A DNA stretch of 48,442 bases. Source: an uncultured Candidatus Saccharibacteria bacterium. GTDB taxonomy: Bacteria > Patescibacteriota > Minisyncoccia > Phycocordibacterales > Phycocordibacteraceae. Below are positions 1 to 7,967 of the stretch, in pieces (within the stretch, counting starts at the first letter, position 1; each line of letters begins with the position of its first letter). A model generated the notes under the pieces. That model was not told the origin of the DNA. It did no database searches and saw only the letters and a program-made list of their open reading frames with translations. Location of the stretch: contig CAYIMJ010000001.1 in assembly GCA_964364605.1 (NCBI GenBank), forward strand, positions 1 to 48,442, read 5' to 3'. The translations under genes and the position numbers were made by a program.

Positions 1-30
1 CTTGGGGCTCGGAACGGCTAGAGAGAACTA
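1..30. repeat. conserved 3'-flank repeat of the TasA-like genes, copy 1 (cut by window edge)
   Basis: 1-30 cttggggctcggaacggctagagagaacta matches 1021-1050 at 29/30 positions. Both copies overlap the stop codon and 3' flank of a minus-strand paralog. Confidence 0.85.
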
Positions 31-960
31 ATCTGGAGTTGGTATTGGCGTTAGGGTCGGCCAAACAGGTGTGTAGTCCGTCGTGCAAGAGAAGTCCGGG
101 TTGTTTCTCGACTGCACCGTGTAGAACTGTATGTCGCCCTGCACCTGGTCGGTTTGCGCCGCGCTATTTACAGCCGATCCATCACAGGTAAAGCCGGTGC
201 CCGTGAGCGGTGAGCGTGAGTTATCCGAGCTGTCCTGCACCAGGTTTGTCGGCGTCAGCGCACCCGCGCACCAGATCTTAGCGATATGCACATGCGGATT
301 TTTTGTTAACGAGTTCGTACCGGGTAACGGGTCCGTGCCGAACACACCGCCTGAGGGCGTGGCAAGAGCGATTTTCTGTGTCGATGAGGCAAGGTCGCTA
401 AGAGATCCGCTAAGGAACATAGTCTCGACTGTGCCCATCCCTTCACCTTCTACAGGTTCATACACATTGTCACCATCGTCTGCCCAAAACGCGAAGGTAA
501 GTGCGCTGTCGAGTTCGCCCTGGCCGAGGCCCGGAGTCGTACAGGCAGGATCATCGGACAATTCAGGTTCCGTACAAGACTGGTCGGAGTCGTCGGTGAG
601 ACGAACGGCCGCACACATCCATGCATCGTTTGAAAGAGAGTAGATCGAAATAGTGTCCTCCCCATAATCGCCCGGCTTCACATCAGTGAAGTCGAAGAAC
701 TTATGAGTTCCAGCGACGAGGTCGGCGATGGTCCACGAGTTCGCAGGATTTGCGACCAAATCACCGTCCGGCACGTACTGGTAGCCCGGGATGTTGAAGT
801 CAATCGCGTAGCTATGGTTATCAATCTTGAGGTCGATGTCACCGGCGGCAAACGTGTTGCCGGTCGATGTCTCCGTGTCAGAAAAGAATGCTCCTGTACT
901 CGCGACAGCGCCGCTGCCAAAAGCGATAATGACTGCGAGCGAGAGAAGAATGCGATTCAT
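28..960 (-). CDS. secreted TasA/camelysin-like protein with SipW-dependent-type signal peptide
   Basis: N-terminus MNRILLSLAVIIAFGSGAVASTGAFFSDTETSTGNTFAAGDIDLKIDN matches the SipW-cognate signal peptide pattern (hydrophobic segment followed by AFFSDTETS..N.F.AG). It is a paralog of the 1048..1947 gene. Confidence 0.8.
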   Translation of the reverse strand: MNRILLSLAVIIAFGSGAVASTGAFFSDTETSTGNTFAAGDIDLKIDNHSYAIDFNIPGYQYVPDGDLVANPANSWTIADLVAGTHKFFDFTDVKPGDYGEDTISIYSLSNDAWMCAAVRLTDDSDQSCTEPELSDDPACTTPGLGQGELDSALTFAFWADDGDNVYEPVEGEGMGTVETMFLSGSLSDLASSTQKIALATPSGGVFGTDPLPGTNSLTKNPHVHIAKIWCAGALTPTNLVQDSSDNSRSPLTGTGFTCDGSAVNSAAQTDQVQGDIQFYTVQSRNNPDFSCTTDYTPVWPTLTPIPTPD

Positions 961-1020
961 AAATTTATATTTAATTAATATCCCTTACTGGTTTCCCTTC
1001 CAGCCCACCGAGTCCCACCA

Positions 1021-1050
1021 GTTGGGGCTCGGAACGGCTAGAGAGAACTA
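1021..1050. repeat. conserved 3'-flank repeat of the TasA-like genes, copy 2
   Basis: 29/30 identical to 1-30. tggggctcgg (1022-1031) can pair with ccgagtccca (1007-1016) with one mismatch, giving a hairpin just 3' of the minus-strand stop codon. Confidence 0.8.
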
Positions 1051-1947
1051 GATTGGTGGCAGGAATCCTCTATAGTTCGCTGCACATGTGAAAGTCGGAT
1101 TGTTTCTCGACTGCACTGCGTAGAACTGCATATCGCCCTCTACTCGGTCCGTCTGAGCTGCGTTGTTGACGGCTGCACCATCACAGGTAAAGCCTGGAGT
1201 AAGCGTGAGTGGAGACCCGGTGTTGAGGCCATCCTGAACGAGGTTAGTCGAAATAGGATTGCCGAAGCACCATGCCTTCCCGATGTAGAACGTCGTGCCG
1301 CCCGGAATTGGATTTGCTGCTCCGAGAATGCTTGTCGAAGAGTCCGCAAGAGTGATGTTGCTTGTTGTAGAAGCAATGTTGCTAAGCGGGCCCGAGAGGA
1401 AGATTGTCTCGGCTACTCCACCGCTCTGTCCTGCTATTGGTTCATAGACGTTGTCGCCATCATCAACCCAGAAAGCGAAGTTTAGCCCGTTGTCGAGTTC
1501 ACCGAGACCTGCACCAGGGAATGTCGATGTTGCAGTATCGTCTGCAAGCTCAGGTTCCGTGAGCGACTGGTCGGAGTCATCCGTGAGTCGTGCAGCTGCG
1601 CACATCCAGGCATTATTACTTCCGACGTGGATAGAGATGGTATCTTCACCCAAGTCCCCTGGTTTTAAATCGTCGAAGGTGAAGAACTTATGAGTTCCCG
1701 CGACGAGGTCTGCAAGTTGCCATGAGTTTGCAGGATTCGCGACAAGCGCCCCTGTTGTTGTTCCTTGGAATGTCGGGATGTTGAAGTCGATTGCGTAACT
1801 TGAGTTATCAATTTGGAGATCAATGTCGCCAGCGGCAAACGTGTTGCCAGTTGAAGTCTCAGTATCGTTGAAGAACGCGCCCGTGCTCGCAATAGCACCA
1901 CCACCAAGAGCGACGATGACTGCGAGCGAGAGAAGAATTCGTTGCAT
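1048..1947 (-). CDS. secreted TasA/camelysin-like protein with SipW-dependent-type signal peptide (tandem paralog)
   Basis: MQRILLSLAVIVALGGGAIASTGAFFNDTETSTGNTFAAGDIDLQIDN. Colinear similarity to the 28..960 product through most of its length (AWMCAA.RLTDDSDQS.TEPEL, FYxVQSRNNP.F.C). Confidence 0.8.
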   Translation of the reverse strand: MQRILLSLAVIVALGGGAIASTGAFFNDTETSTGNTFAAGDIDLQIDNSSYAIDFNIPTFQGTTTGALVANPANSWQLADLVAGTHKFFTFDDLKPGDLGEDTISIHVGSNNAWMCAAARLTDDSDQSLTEPELADDTATSTFPGAGLGELDNGLNFAFWVDDGDNVYEPIAGQSGGVAETIFLSGPLSNIASTTSNITLADSSTSILGAANPIPGGTTFYIGKAWCFGNPISTNLVQDGLNTGSPLTLTPGFTCDGAAVNNAAQTDRVEGDMQFYAVQSRNNPTFTCAANYRGFLPPI

Positions 1948-2302
1948 ATAATTTATGTGTTAAGTGAGTTGTTTTGGTTAATAGTTTTTATGTGCTGCGC
2001 CGTGCGATGACTATTCTCGACCAAAAGTATCGCGCCGCGTGTATCGCGGACGCGACACACATGTGAAGCTTCGCTCCGTACTGGTATGCGCGGCAAGTGT
2101 GGACACTGGTTACATCCTGTGCACAAAAAAGTGCATAACTTTTTTCAAAAACGTGTCGAAAAAATACACGAAGTGTCTGGTATACCCCGTGAGATATCAC
2201 TTTGATCCTCCCAGTGTCCAACACTCGGTGTTGGACATGTGTATTCCGTATTTTTTCCAAGGTGAGGATTGCCACATGCATACAATGTACAAGGAGGTGC
2301 TA

Positions 2303-3094
2303 ATGGCGTTCTGGTATAGTTCCCGCATGAAGATCGTCTCGTGGAACGTAAATGGTCTGCGCTCCCTCGCAAACAACGGCTATTGGGAATCTTTTTTGAA
2401 AGGCGTAAAGCCAGATATTTTCTGCCTCCAAGAGACCAAAGCGAACCCTGAGCAAGTGTCGGAAGAGATGCTCTCCCCTCTTGGATTCCGCTCGTTCTTT
2501 TCATCGTGCCAAGTACGTAAAGGCTATAGTGGCGTCGCTATATATTCAAAAATCGAACCCTTGAAGGTCATTTACGGCATGGGAATAAAGGAGTTTGATC
2601 AGGAAGGGCGTCTGATAGGGGCCGAATACGAGGACTTCTGGCTCATAAATGCATACTTCCCCAACGGAGGCCAGGGCCCAGAACGTCTCGATTATAAAAT
2701 GCGTTTCTATGACGCATTCCTCGCATTTATAGAGAAACTCCGCAAGCAGAAACCGGTCATATTCTGCGGCGATGTGAACACCGCCCACGAGGAAATAGAT
2801 CTCGCGCGACCAAAAGAGAACGAGGACAATACCGGATTCCTCCCTGCAGAGCGCGCGTGGATAGACGAGGTCGTCAGCGCCGGATATATAGACTCCTTCC
2901 GCCACTTCTATCCACAAACCAAAGATGCTTACACTTATTGGGATATGAAGACTCGCGCACGAGACAGAAATGTCGGTTGGAGAATTGATTATTTTTTTGT
3001 TGCAAGTGAATTCATAAAGCGCGTGAAGAAAGCAGAAATCCACTCTGACATATATGGCTCCGACCACTGCCCTCTTTCCATCACAGTGTCCTAA
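2303..3094 (+). CDS. xth: exodeoxyribonuclease III
   Basis: MKIVSWNVNGLRS..FCLQETK..GYSGVAIYSK..NAYFPNGG..GDVNTAHEEIDL..WRIDYFFV..GSDHCPL are Xth/APE1 family motifs. AAGGAGG at 2291-2297 precedes ATG 2303. ATG 2327 (MKIVSW) is an alternative start. The 2039 ORF start is an upstream artefact. Confidence 0.93.
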   Translation: MAFWYSSRMKIVSWNVNGLRSLANNGYWESFLKGVKPDIFCLQETKANPEQVSEEMLSPLGFRSFFSSCQVRKGYSGVAIYSKIEPLKVIYGMGIKEFDQEGRLIGAEYEDFWLINAYFPNGGQGPERLDYKMRFYDAFLAFIEKLRKQKPVIFCGDVNTAHEEIDLARPKENEDNTGFLPAERAWIDEVVSAGYIDSFRHFYPQTKDAYTYWDMKTRARDRNVGWRIDYFFVASEFIKRVKKAEIHSDIYGSDHCPLSITVS

Positions 3095-3358
3095 AGGACA
3101 AGTTGTCCACAGGGTGTCCTTTACAATGTCCTTTACTAGAATAGTATTGGCAAAGGAAGAGATGTTCTTTACATAGTTCTTGAAAGCATCTGTCGGCATC
3201 GGTGCGCTTCTCGAGGTGCCTGCCTACGTCGCGGCGATCCGCGGTATAAGTATTGCGCACGGTATTCCTTGGCAAAAGCGCCAGTATGCTAAGTATAAAA
3301 AGCTACCCTCATTCTCGGGTCGGAGACCCCATCTACGCCCTGCTCCTTTTTGTCTCCG

Positions 3359-3388
3359 GCCACCACTCAGGGTGGCTTTTTTGTTTTT
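3359..3388 (+). terminator. rho-independent terminator with no annotated gene immediately upstream
   Basis: gccacc (3359-3364), loop actcag, ggtggc (3371-3376), followed by ttttttgttttt. Confidence 0.75.
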
Positions 3389-3465
3389 ATACGAGACGAC
3401 CGTGTTCCACACAATGCTTCACCGCACTTATGAGTATGAACCATGCTTATGACTTACCCCTACGT

Positions 3466-3502
3466 GCTAGCTACTTGGGGGTTTCACCCCCAAGTAGCTA
3501 GC
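3466..3502. terminator. perfect 16-bp hairpin overlapping the cca stop codon
   Basis: gctagctacttggggg (3466-3481), loop tttca, cccccaagtagctagc (3487-3502). There is no U-tract on either strand. The stop codon TAG of cca (3498-3500) lies in the stem. Confidence 0.5.
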
Positions 3503-4982
3503 AGACGTGATACTTCTCCATTATATGCTTTATTTCCTCATCTTCAGCAGCTTCCCTCCTCTGCTTCCCTGCTTCCCCAAGCTTCTTTAGCTCATCATCA
3601 GACATTTTAAATAGCTCTTCAGTCCTTTTATCAAGGTATTCTTCAGTATTCTTACCGGAATCATCAAGTATTTCCTCAAGAAGCGCATTAAGCGCCCACC
3701 CTATCCTCGGTCCAGGTTTCACCTGAAACTTATCCATGATGTGTGCCCCATCCGTTTTGAGCATTCCCACAGATATAGGGTCCCGAAGTGCCTGATCAAC
3801 CATCGCCTTATACTTACGGAAGCGAAATGGCTGCTCCTTCGGCCGTCCTGTACCTATGCGGTCGCAAATGCGGAGGTTAAGTAAATCAACGATATTTTCC
3901 TCCCCTACGTTCTTTATCATGCGGCGCACAGCAGAAAGGGTTATTTGCTCAGGATCCGAGAAGAACATGTGCCAACGGACCAGTTTAACGACCTTATCTA
4001 TTGTTTCACGTGAAAAATGCATGTCCTCTAGAGCTTTTTTCGTTACACGTGAACCAACTACCTCATGGCCATGGAAGCTCCAATCCTTCTTTTCTTCCAC
4101 CCATCGACGAGTCTCTGGCTTAGATATGTCGTGGTAGAGACCGGCAAGGCGTATATCGAATCCCCAGTCCTTATCAGCCGCATGCTGCATAGTGCGGAGG
4201 TTATGCCCGAAAACGTCATACGAATGCGCCTGGTTCTGCTCGACACCGATGCCACGAATAAGGTCTGGAACAATAAATTCCAATATTCCTAGTTGCTGTG
4301 CAAGAACAAGTGCGTTCATCGGCTGTTTTGAATTGAGTATCCTCACAAATTCATCACGGATCCTTTCACGTGAAACATGGCTTAAGTGCTTGCTATTTTC
4401 TTTTACTGCCGCAGCCGTATTGTTTTCTATTCCGAAATCAAGCTCGGCGACTAACCTAACCGCACGAAGCATGCGCAGAGCGTCCTCATTGAACCGCTCA
4501 GAGGCGTTACCCACGGCCCGCACCACTTTGTCCTTTATGTCCTTTTGACCATCGTACGGGTCAACCAGGTGTCCTATAGAGTCATCTAGCGCGATAGCAT
4601 TGATCGTAAAATCGCGGCGAGCAAGATCCTCAAGCAGGGAAGTGCCAAATTCTACTTTGTCTGGCCGGCGCTTGTCGGAATAGGCAGATTCGGTGCGATA
4701 AGGAGTCACTTCAACAATAGCGAGGCGAGAATCCTCTGAATTCGTCTTAATACCTACCGTGCCGTAGTCGTTTTCATAAAAAGAGTCAGGAAATAGGACT
4801 TGAATCTGCTCTGGGGTAGCGTTCGTAGTGACATCCCAGTCCTTTGGCTCTCTGCCGATGATAAGATCGCGGACACACCCGCCGACAAGATAGGCCTCGA
4901 AGCCCGCTTTCTGCAATCCATCGCTAACTACTGATATTTCGCTTGGAATACGATACGCCATGGGCGAATCGTAGCACAGCAT
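3498..4982 (-). CDS. cca: CCA-adding tRNA nucleotidyltransferase with C-terminal HD domain
   Basis: GGCVRDLIIGREPKDWDVTT (PolyA_pol head motif), RRDFTINA, then HD region LYHDISKP. The start is uncertain (ATG 4982 or ATG 4961, MAYRIP). Confidence 0.88.
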   Translation of the reverse strand: MLCYDSPMAYRIPSEISVVSDGLQKAGFEAYLVGGCVRDLIIGREPKDWDVTTNATPEQIQVLFPDSFYENDYGTVGIKTNSEDSRLAIVEVTPYRTESAYSDKRRPDKVEFGTSLLEDLARRDFTINAIALDDSIGHLVDPYDGQKDIKDKVVRAVGNASERFNEDALRMLRAVRLVAELDFGIENNTAAAVKENSKHLSHVSRERIRDEFVRILNSKQPMNALVLAQQLGILEFIVPDLIRGIGVEQNQAHSYDVFGHNLRTMQHAADKDWGFDIRLAGLYHDISKPETRRWVEEKKDWSFHGHEVVGSRVTKKALEDMHFSRETIDKVVKLVRWHMFFSDPEQITLSAVRRMIKNVGEENIVDLLNLRICDRIGTGRPKEQPFRFRKYKAMVDQALRDPISVGMLKTDGAHIMDKFQVKPGPRIGWALNALLEEILDDSGKNTEEYLDKRTEELFKMSDDELKKLGEAGKQRREAAEDEEIKHIMEKYHVC

Positions 4983-5022
4983 TCCTGGTTTTTTAGCATT
5001 TGTGCCATACTATGACGGATAC

Positions 5023-5094
5023 GCCCCGATGGTGAAACGGATATCACAACAGTCTTCGGAACTGTAGGTCCAAGTTCGATTCTTGGTCGGGGCA
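5023..5094 (+). tRNA. tRNA-Arg (anticodon UCG)
   Basis: Hand fold: acceptor GCCCCGA/TCGGGGC, D stem GTGA/TCAC, anticodon stem ACAGT/ACTGT with loop CTTCGGA, T arm CCAAG-TTCGATT-CTTGG, discriminator A. CCA is not encoded. Confidence 0.85.
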
Positions 5095-5102
5095 CTGGAA
5101 AA

Positions 5103-5137
5103 CAAAAGAGGCGATCGAATTCGATCGCCTCTTTTTG
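5103..5137. terminator. bidirectional rho-independent terminator
   Basis: aaaa + agaggcgatcgaattcgatcgcctct (perfect palindrome) + ttttt. It lies between tRNA-Arg (+) and the convergent 5155..5355 gene (-). Confidence 0.85.
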
Positions 5138-5154
5138 GGAAAAGAGCGTCAGGC

Positions 5155-5355
5155 CTACCGTTCGACGAGCTTTCCGCTTTTGTTGATGTGGAGCTTTCTG
5201 AGCGCCTTCCCGAGCTGCTTGATCTCGTAATCGATCGCGGCCTCGACGCTCGGATGTTTCCCAGACCGGACCTCTTCACGCAAGTCCTCGTAATTACCTT
5301 TTACGAACGTGAGAAGGCCAACTACCGTCCGTTTGCTAAATCCACTTGGGGGCAT
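5155..5355 (-). CDS. small hypothetical protein (66 aa)
   Basis: Strong SD AAGGAGGAAGTC precedes ATG 5355, and a terminator follows the stop directly. I recognise no family. Confidence 0.6.
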   Translation of the reverse strand: MPPSGFSKRTVVGLLTFVKGNYEDLREEVRSGKHPSVEAAIDYEIKQLGKALRKLHINKSGKLVER

Positions 5356-5494
5356 GACTTCCTCCTTTTGTTTTTGATTTATACCATACCGAACTCCGGT
5401 AACAATTTATTAAAAAATAAATATGATGTAAATAAAATAAAGGTTTTTTATTGATAAATTGAACTAAAAGTACAATCTATGCTATCTTATCGAC

Positions 5495-6298
5495 ATGATT
5501 TATGGCAACAAAAAACATCTCGAGGATCGAGTTGTAGAACTGCTTGCGGAGGACAGTAAATCGATAGCATCGCTGCATCAAACCCTTGCCGACAAGGAGG
5601 AGGGCGTATCGTTACGAGCGATATATAAATCAGTCCACGGCCTAATTGATGCCGGAGTTGTATTGAAAGTCGGGAGACGGATCATGCTAGACCAAGAATG
5701 GGTAAAACGCTTGGGAGAAATGCTAGGTTCCGTGTCTGCTCCAGCTCTTTCGGTTAAAGAACGTGCCGTTTATACATTTACCTCCTTTGAACACCTAGAC
5801 GCTTTTTGGAAAACTGTCATGATTCCACTGGAACACTCCCACTCAGCTGATGAAATATTCTTCTATAATCCACACAATTTTTGGGCTTATTTACCGGCCC
5901 GCAAGCAGAGCGAGGACGCGTATTATCAACACTTTTCGGGTAAACAGTACGGATTTTTCACGATAGGAGGGGATACTCAAGCAGATATTGAGTTCAAGAG
6001 AGGATATCAGAACGAAAATTTGCAAATAGACTTAAGAGATACAACGCTTTTTAGGAGGACCGACCATGTGACCATAGTAAAATCAATGATTATTACAGTG
6101 CGATTGGCTAAGGGGATTGCTGAGCGAATTGATAAACTCTATGCGTCTGGGGAGGGGATAGAGAACATCCTCCCGGAAATAGTACAGATATGTCGGAAGC
6201 CAGGGAAAATTCGATTTTTGATTGAGAATAATCAAACAAAAGCAGAAAAAATGAAGAGAATGCTTGCACGGAATTTCTATTTCAGACGGCCGGAATAA
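5495..6298 (+). CDS. hypothetical protein with N-terminal winged-helix-like segment
   Basis: N-terminus (SIASLHQTL..VSLRAIYKSVHGLIDAGVVLKVGRRIML) looks like a wHTH domain. The rest is unassigned. TATCTT sits 6 nt upstream of ATG. Confidence 0.6.
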   Translation: MIYGNKKHLEDRVVELLAEDSKSIASLHQTLADKEEGVSLRAIYKSVHGLIDAGVVLKVGRRIMLDQEWVKRLGEMLGSVSAPALSVKERAVYTFTSFEHLDAFWKTVMIPLEHSHSADEIFFYNPHNFWAYLPARKQSEDAYYQHFSGKQYGFFTIGGDTQADIEFKRGYQNENLQIDLRDTTLFRRTDHVTIVKSMIITVRLAKGIAERIDKLYASGEGIENILPEIVQICRKPGKIRFLIENNQTKAEKMKRMLARNFYFRRPE

Positions 6299-6361
6299 GA
6301 TATTCACTGATTTAAGGATGTTTCTATCAATAAGTGAACTCTCATTGTGTACTATTACAGT

Positions 6362-7042
6362 ATGCGAAAAGATAAGGGAACTGCTTTACAAATGCGCAAA
6401 AGTGGAAAGAGCTACAGTGAGATACATGCTGCATTAAAAATTCCAAAAGCAACTCTGTCAGACTGGTTTGGCGAGATCGGCTGGTCGAAAGATATGACCA
6501 AAAAACTCGCGTCCAGAGTACAGGTACAGCATACCGTTAGAATAATCGAGCTTGATAGAATTCGCGGACAACATCTTGCTCGCTCCTACGAAGAAGCACG
6601 AAACGAAGCTAGAGAGGATCTCAGTATTCTCAAGTACAACCCGCTTTTCATAGCTGGTCTTATGCTGTATTGGGGTGAAGGCGACAAGGCTACAAAGGCT
6701 CAGGTCAGACTCGCGAACACCGACCCGGAACTGATCAGGCTTTTTGTTTTCTTCTTAATAAAGATCTGCAACATACCGAGAGAAAAGGTCGGCGTTCATA
6801 TTCTCACGTACCCCGATATCGATGACAAATCTAACCGCCAATACTGGTCTGAAATATCGGGCATCGCCCCAGAGAAATTCCTAAAAAGTGTTCTTATACA
6901 GGGACGGCACAAAACGAGACGATTGGGACACGGCGTATGCAGTGTCTACGTATCGAGCACGTATTTCAAAGTTAAAATGCTCGAGTGGCTGAAGTTACTA
7001 CCGGAAGAATTGATGAATCTGCGATACTATGAGAACATGTAA
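6362..7042 (+). CDS. HTH protein with LAGLIDADG-like (homing-endonuclease-like) domain
   Basis: N-terminal HTH (KSGKSYSEIHAALKIPKATLSDW), then FIAGLMLYWGEGDK..VRLANTDPELIRLFVFFL, which resembles LAGLIDADG-type modules. ATG 6362 is preferred over GTG 6347. Confidence 0.5.
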   Translation: MRKDKGTALQMRKSGKSYSEIHAALKIPKATLSDWFGEIGWSKDMTKKLASRVQVQHTVRIIELDRIRGQHLARSYEEARNEAREDLSILKYNPLFIAGLMLYWGEGDKATKAQVRLANTDPELIRLFVFFLIKICNIPREKVGVHILTYPDIDDKSNRQYWSEISGIAPEKFLKSVLIQGRHKTRRLGHGVCSVYVSSTYFKVKMLEWLKLLPEELMNLRYYENM

Positions 7043-7047
7043 AATAC

Positions 7048-7121
7048 GCGGGTATGGTTTAGTGGTAGAACGCCACCTTGCCAAGGTGGAGACAGGGTTT
7101 CGATTACCCTTACCCGCACCA
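7048..7121 (+). tRNA. tRNA-Gly (anticodon GCC), CCA encoded
   Basis: Acceptor GCGGGTA/TACCCGC, anticodon stem CCACC/GGTGG with loop TTGCCAA, T arm AGGGT-TTCGATT-ACCCT, then A-CCA. Confidence 0.9.
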
Positions 7122-7315
7122 AAATCGAAATTTGACATCAAAAAGGTTCCCGCGCGCAAAAACATGCCCGATTGAGCCGTTTTTCTTCTAAAAGTCTTCT
7201 GTGGAGAACTGTTGATAAAGGTGTTCATACTGGGGATAAAGGACACTTGTTCCTAATGCATTCAAATTTAAGGTCCTAGAGTATACTGAGCAAATGAGCC
7301 ATATTTCTAAAAGCC

Positions 7316-7711
7316 GTGGATATTTCTGCTAAGTCTCGAAAGGAGATAGGTAATCTTGGGGAAAATATTGCCGCCGAGTACCTCAAGCGACATGGATTCG
7401 CTATCCGTGATAGAAATGTTGCACGCAAAACAGGTGAGCTTGATATCATCGCAGAGAAAGAAGATACGCTGTATTTTGTCGAAGTTAAGACGATGATTGT
7501 GGACGCATTCCGTGAAGAAAACCACGCCAGCGATGAGTACGATCCTTCGTTAAACCTTCATGCAATGAAAATACGAAAGGTTGCACGGACAGGGGAATGG
7601 TATGTCCTTGAAAAGGGGTGGGAAGGAGATTGGCAAGTAGATGGTTGTCTCGTGTGGCTGCGCCGTTCAGACGGCATGGCAAAAGTCCGCTACCTCCCGC
7701 AAATCGTCTGA
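7316..7711 (+). CDS. yraN: YraN family (UPF0102) endonuclease-like protein
   Basis: GNLGENIAAEYLKRHGFAIRDRN..GELDIIAEKEDTLYFVEVKT is typical YraN. GTG start. Confidence 0.85.
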   Translation: MDISAKSRKEIGNLGENIAAEYLKRHGFAIRDRNVARKTGELDIIAEKEDTLYFVEVKTMIVDAFREENHASDEYDPSLNLHAMKIRKVARTGEWYVLEKGWEGDWQVDGCLVWLRRSDGMAKVRYLPQIV

Positions 7712-7803
7712 GCTTTTGAGGAAAACTCATTCGGAGGTGACAGGGCAAGAACTTCTTCATCCACTCGCTCGTTTTGTAGTAACCTGTTAAGCTGTGCAAA
7801 CAA

Positions 7804-7874
7804 CGGGCCGGAGTATGCCGGTAGTACATCTGCTTTGGGAGCAGACAGACCGAGTTCAATTCTCGGCGGCCCGA
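7804..7874 (+). tRNA. tRNA-Pro (anticodon UGG)
   Basis: Acceptor CGGGCCG/CGGCCCG, D stem GTAT/GTAC, anticodon stem TCTGC/GCAGA with loop TTTGGGA, T arm CCGAG-TTCAATT-CTCGG, discriminator A. CCA is not encoded. Confidence 0.85.
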
Positions 7875-7967
7875 CTGAATGTAATGAGGGAGGCTTGATC
7901 AATAAATATATGTGGATAACAGGGATGCAGTCTAGAAATGACTGTAAGCTGTGAGTAATTAACTTAC

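Noticed and set aside
131-643. 170-aa plus-strand ORF, and other ORFs overlapping the TasA-like genes (450-665, 678-920, 703-978, 1140-1376, 1451-1693, 1665-1907).
   Set aside because: They lie antisense to, or out of frame within, genes that have clear family signatures. Their Ser/Arg/Pro-rich low-complexity translations are typical shadow ORFs.
2039-2302. Upstream extension of the xth ORF (351 aa).
   Set aside because: Xth homology starts at MKIVSWNVNG, and a strong AAGGAGG precedes ATG 2303. The extension runs through the palindrome-rich promoter region.
3180-3501. ORFs 3180-3452 (90 aa) and 3253-3501 (82 aa) as protein genes.
   Set aside because: They run through a canonical intrinsic terminator, have no ribosome binding site and have implausible composition. 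The region is treated as non-coding RNA or UTR instead.
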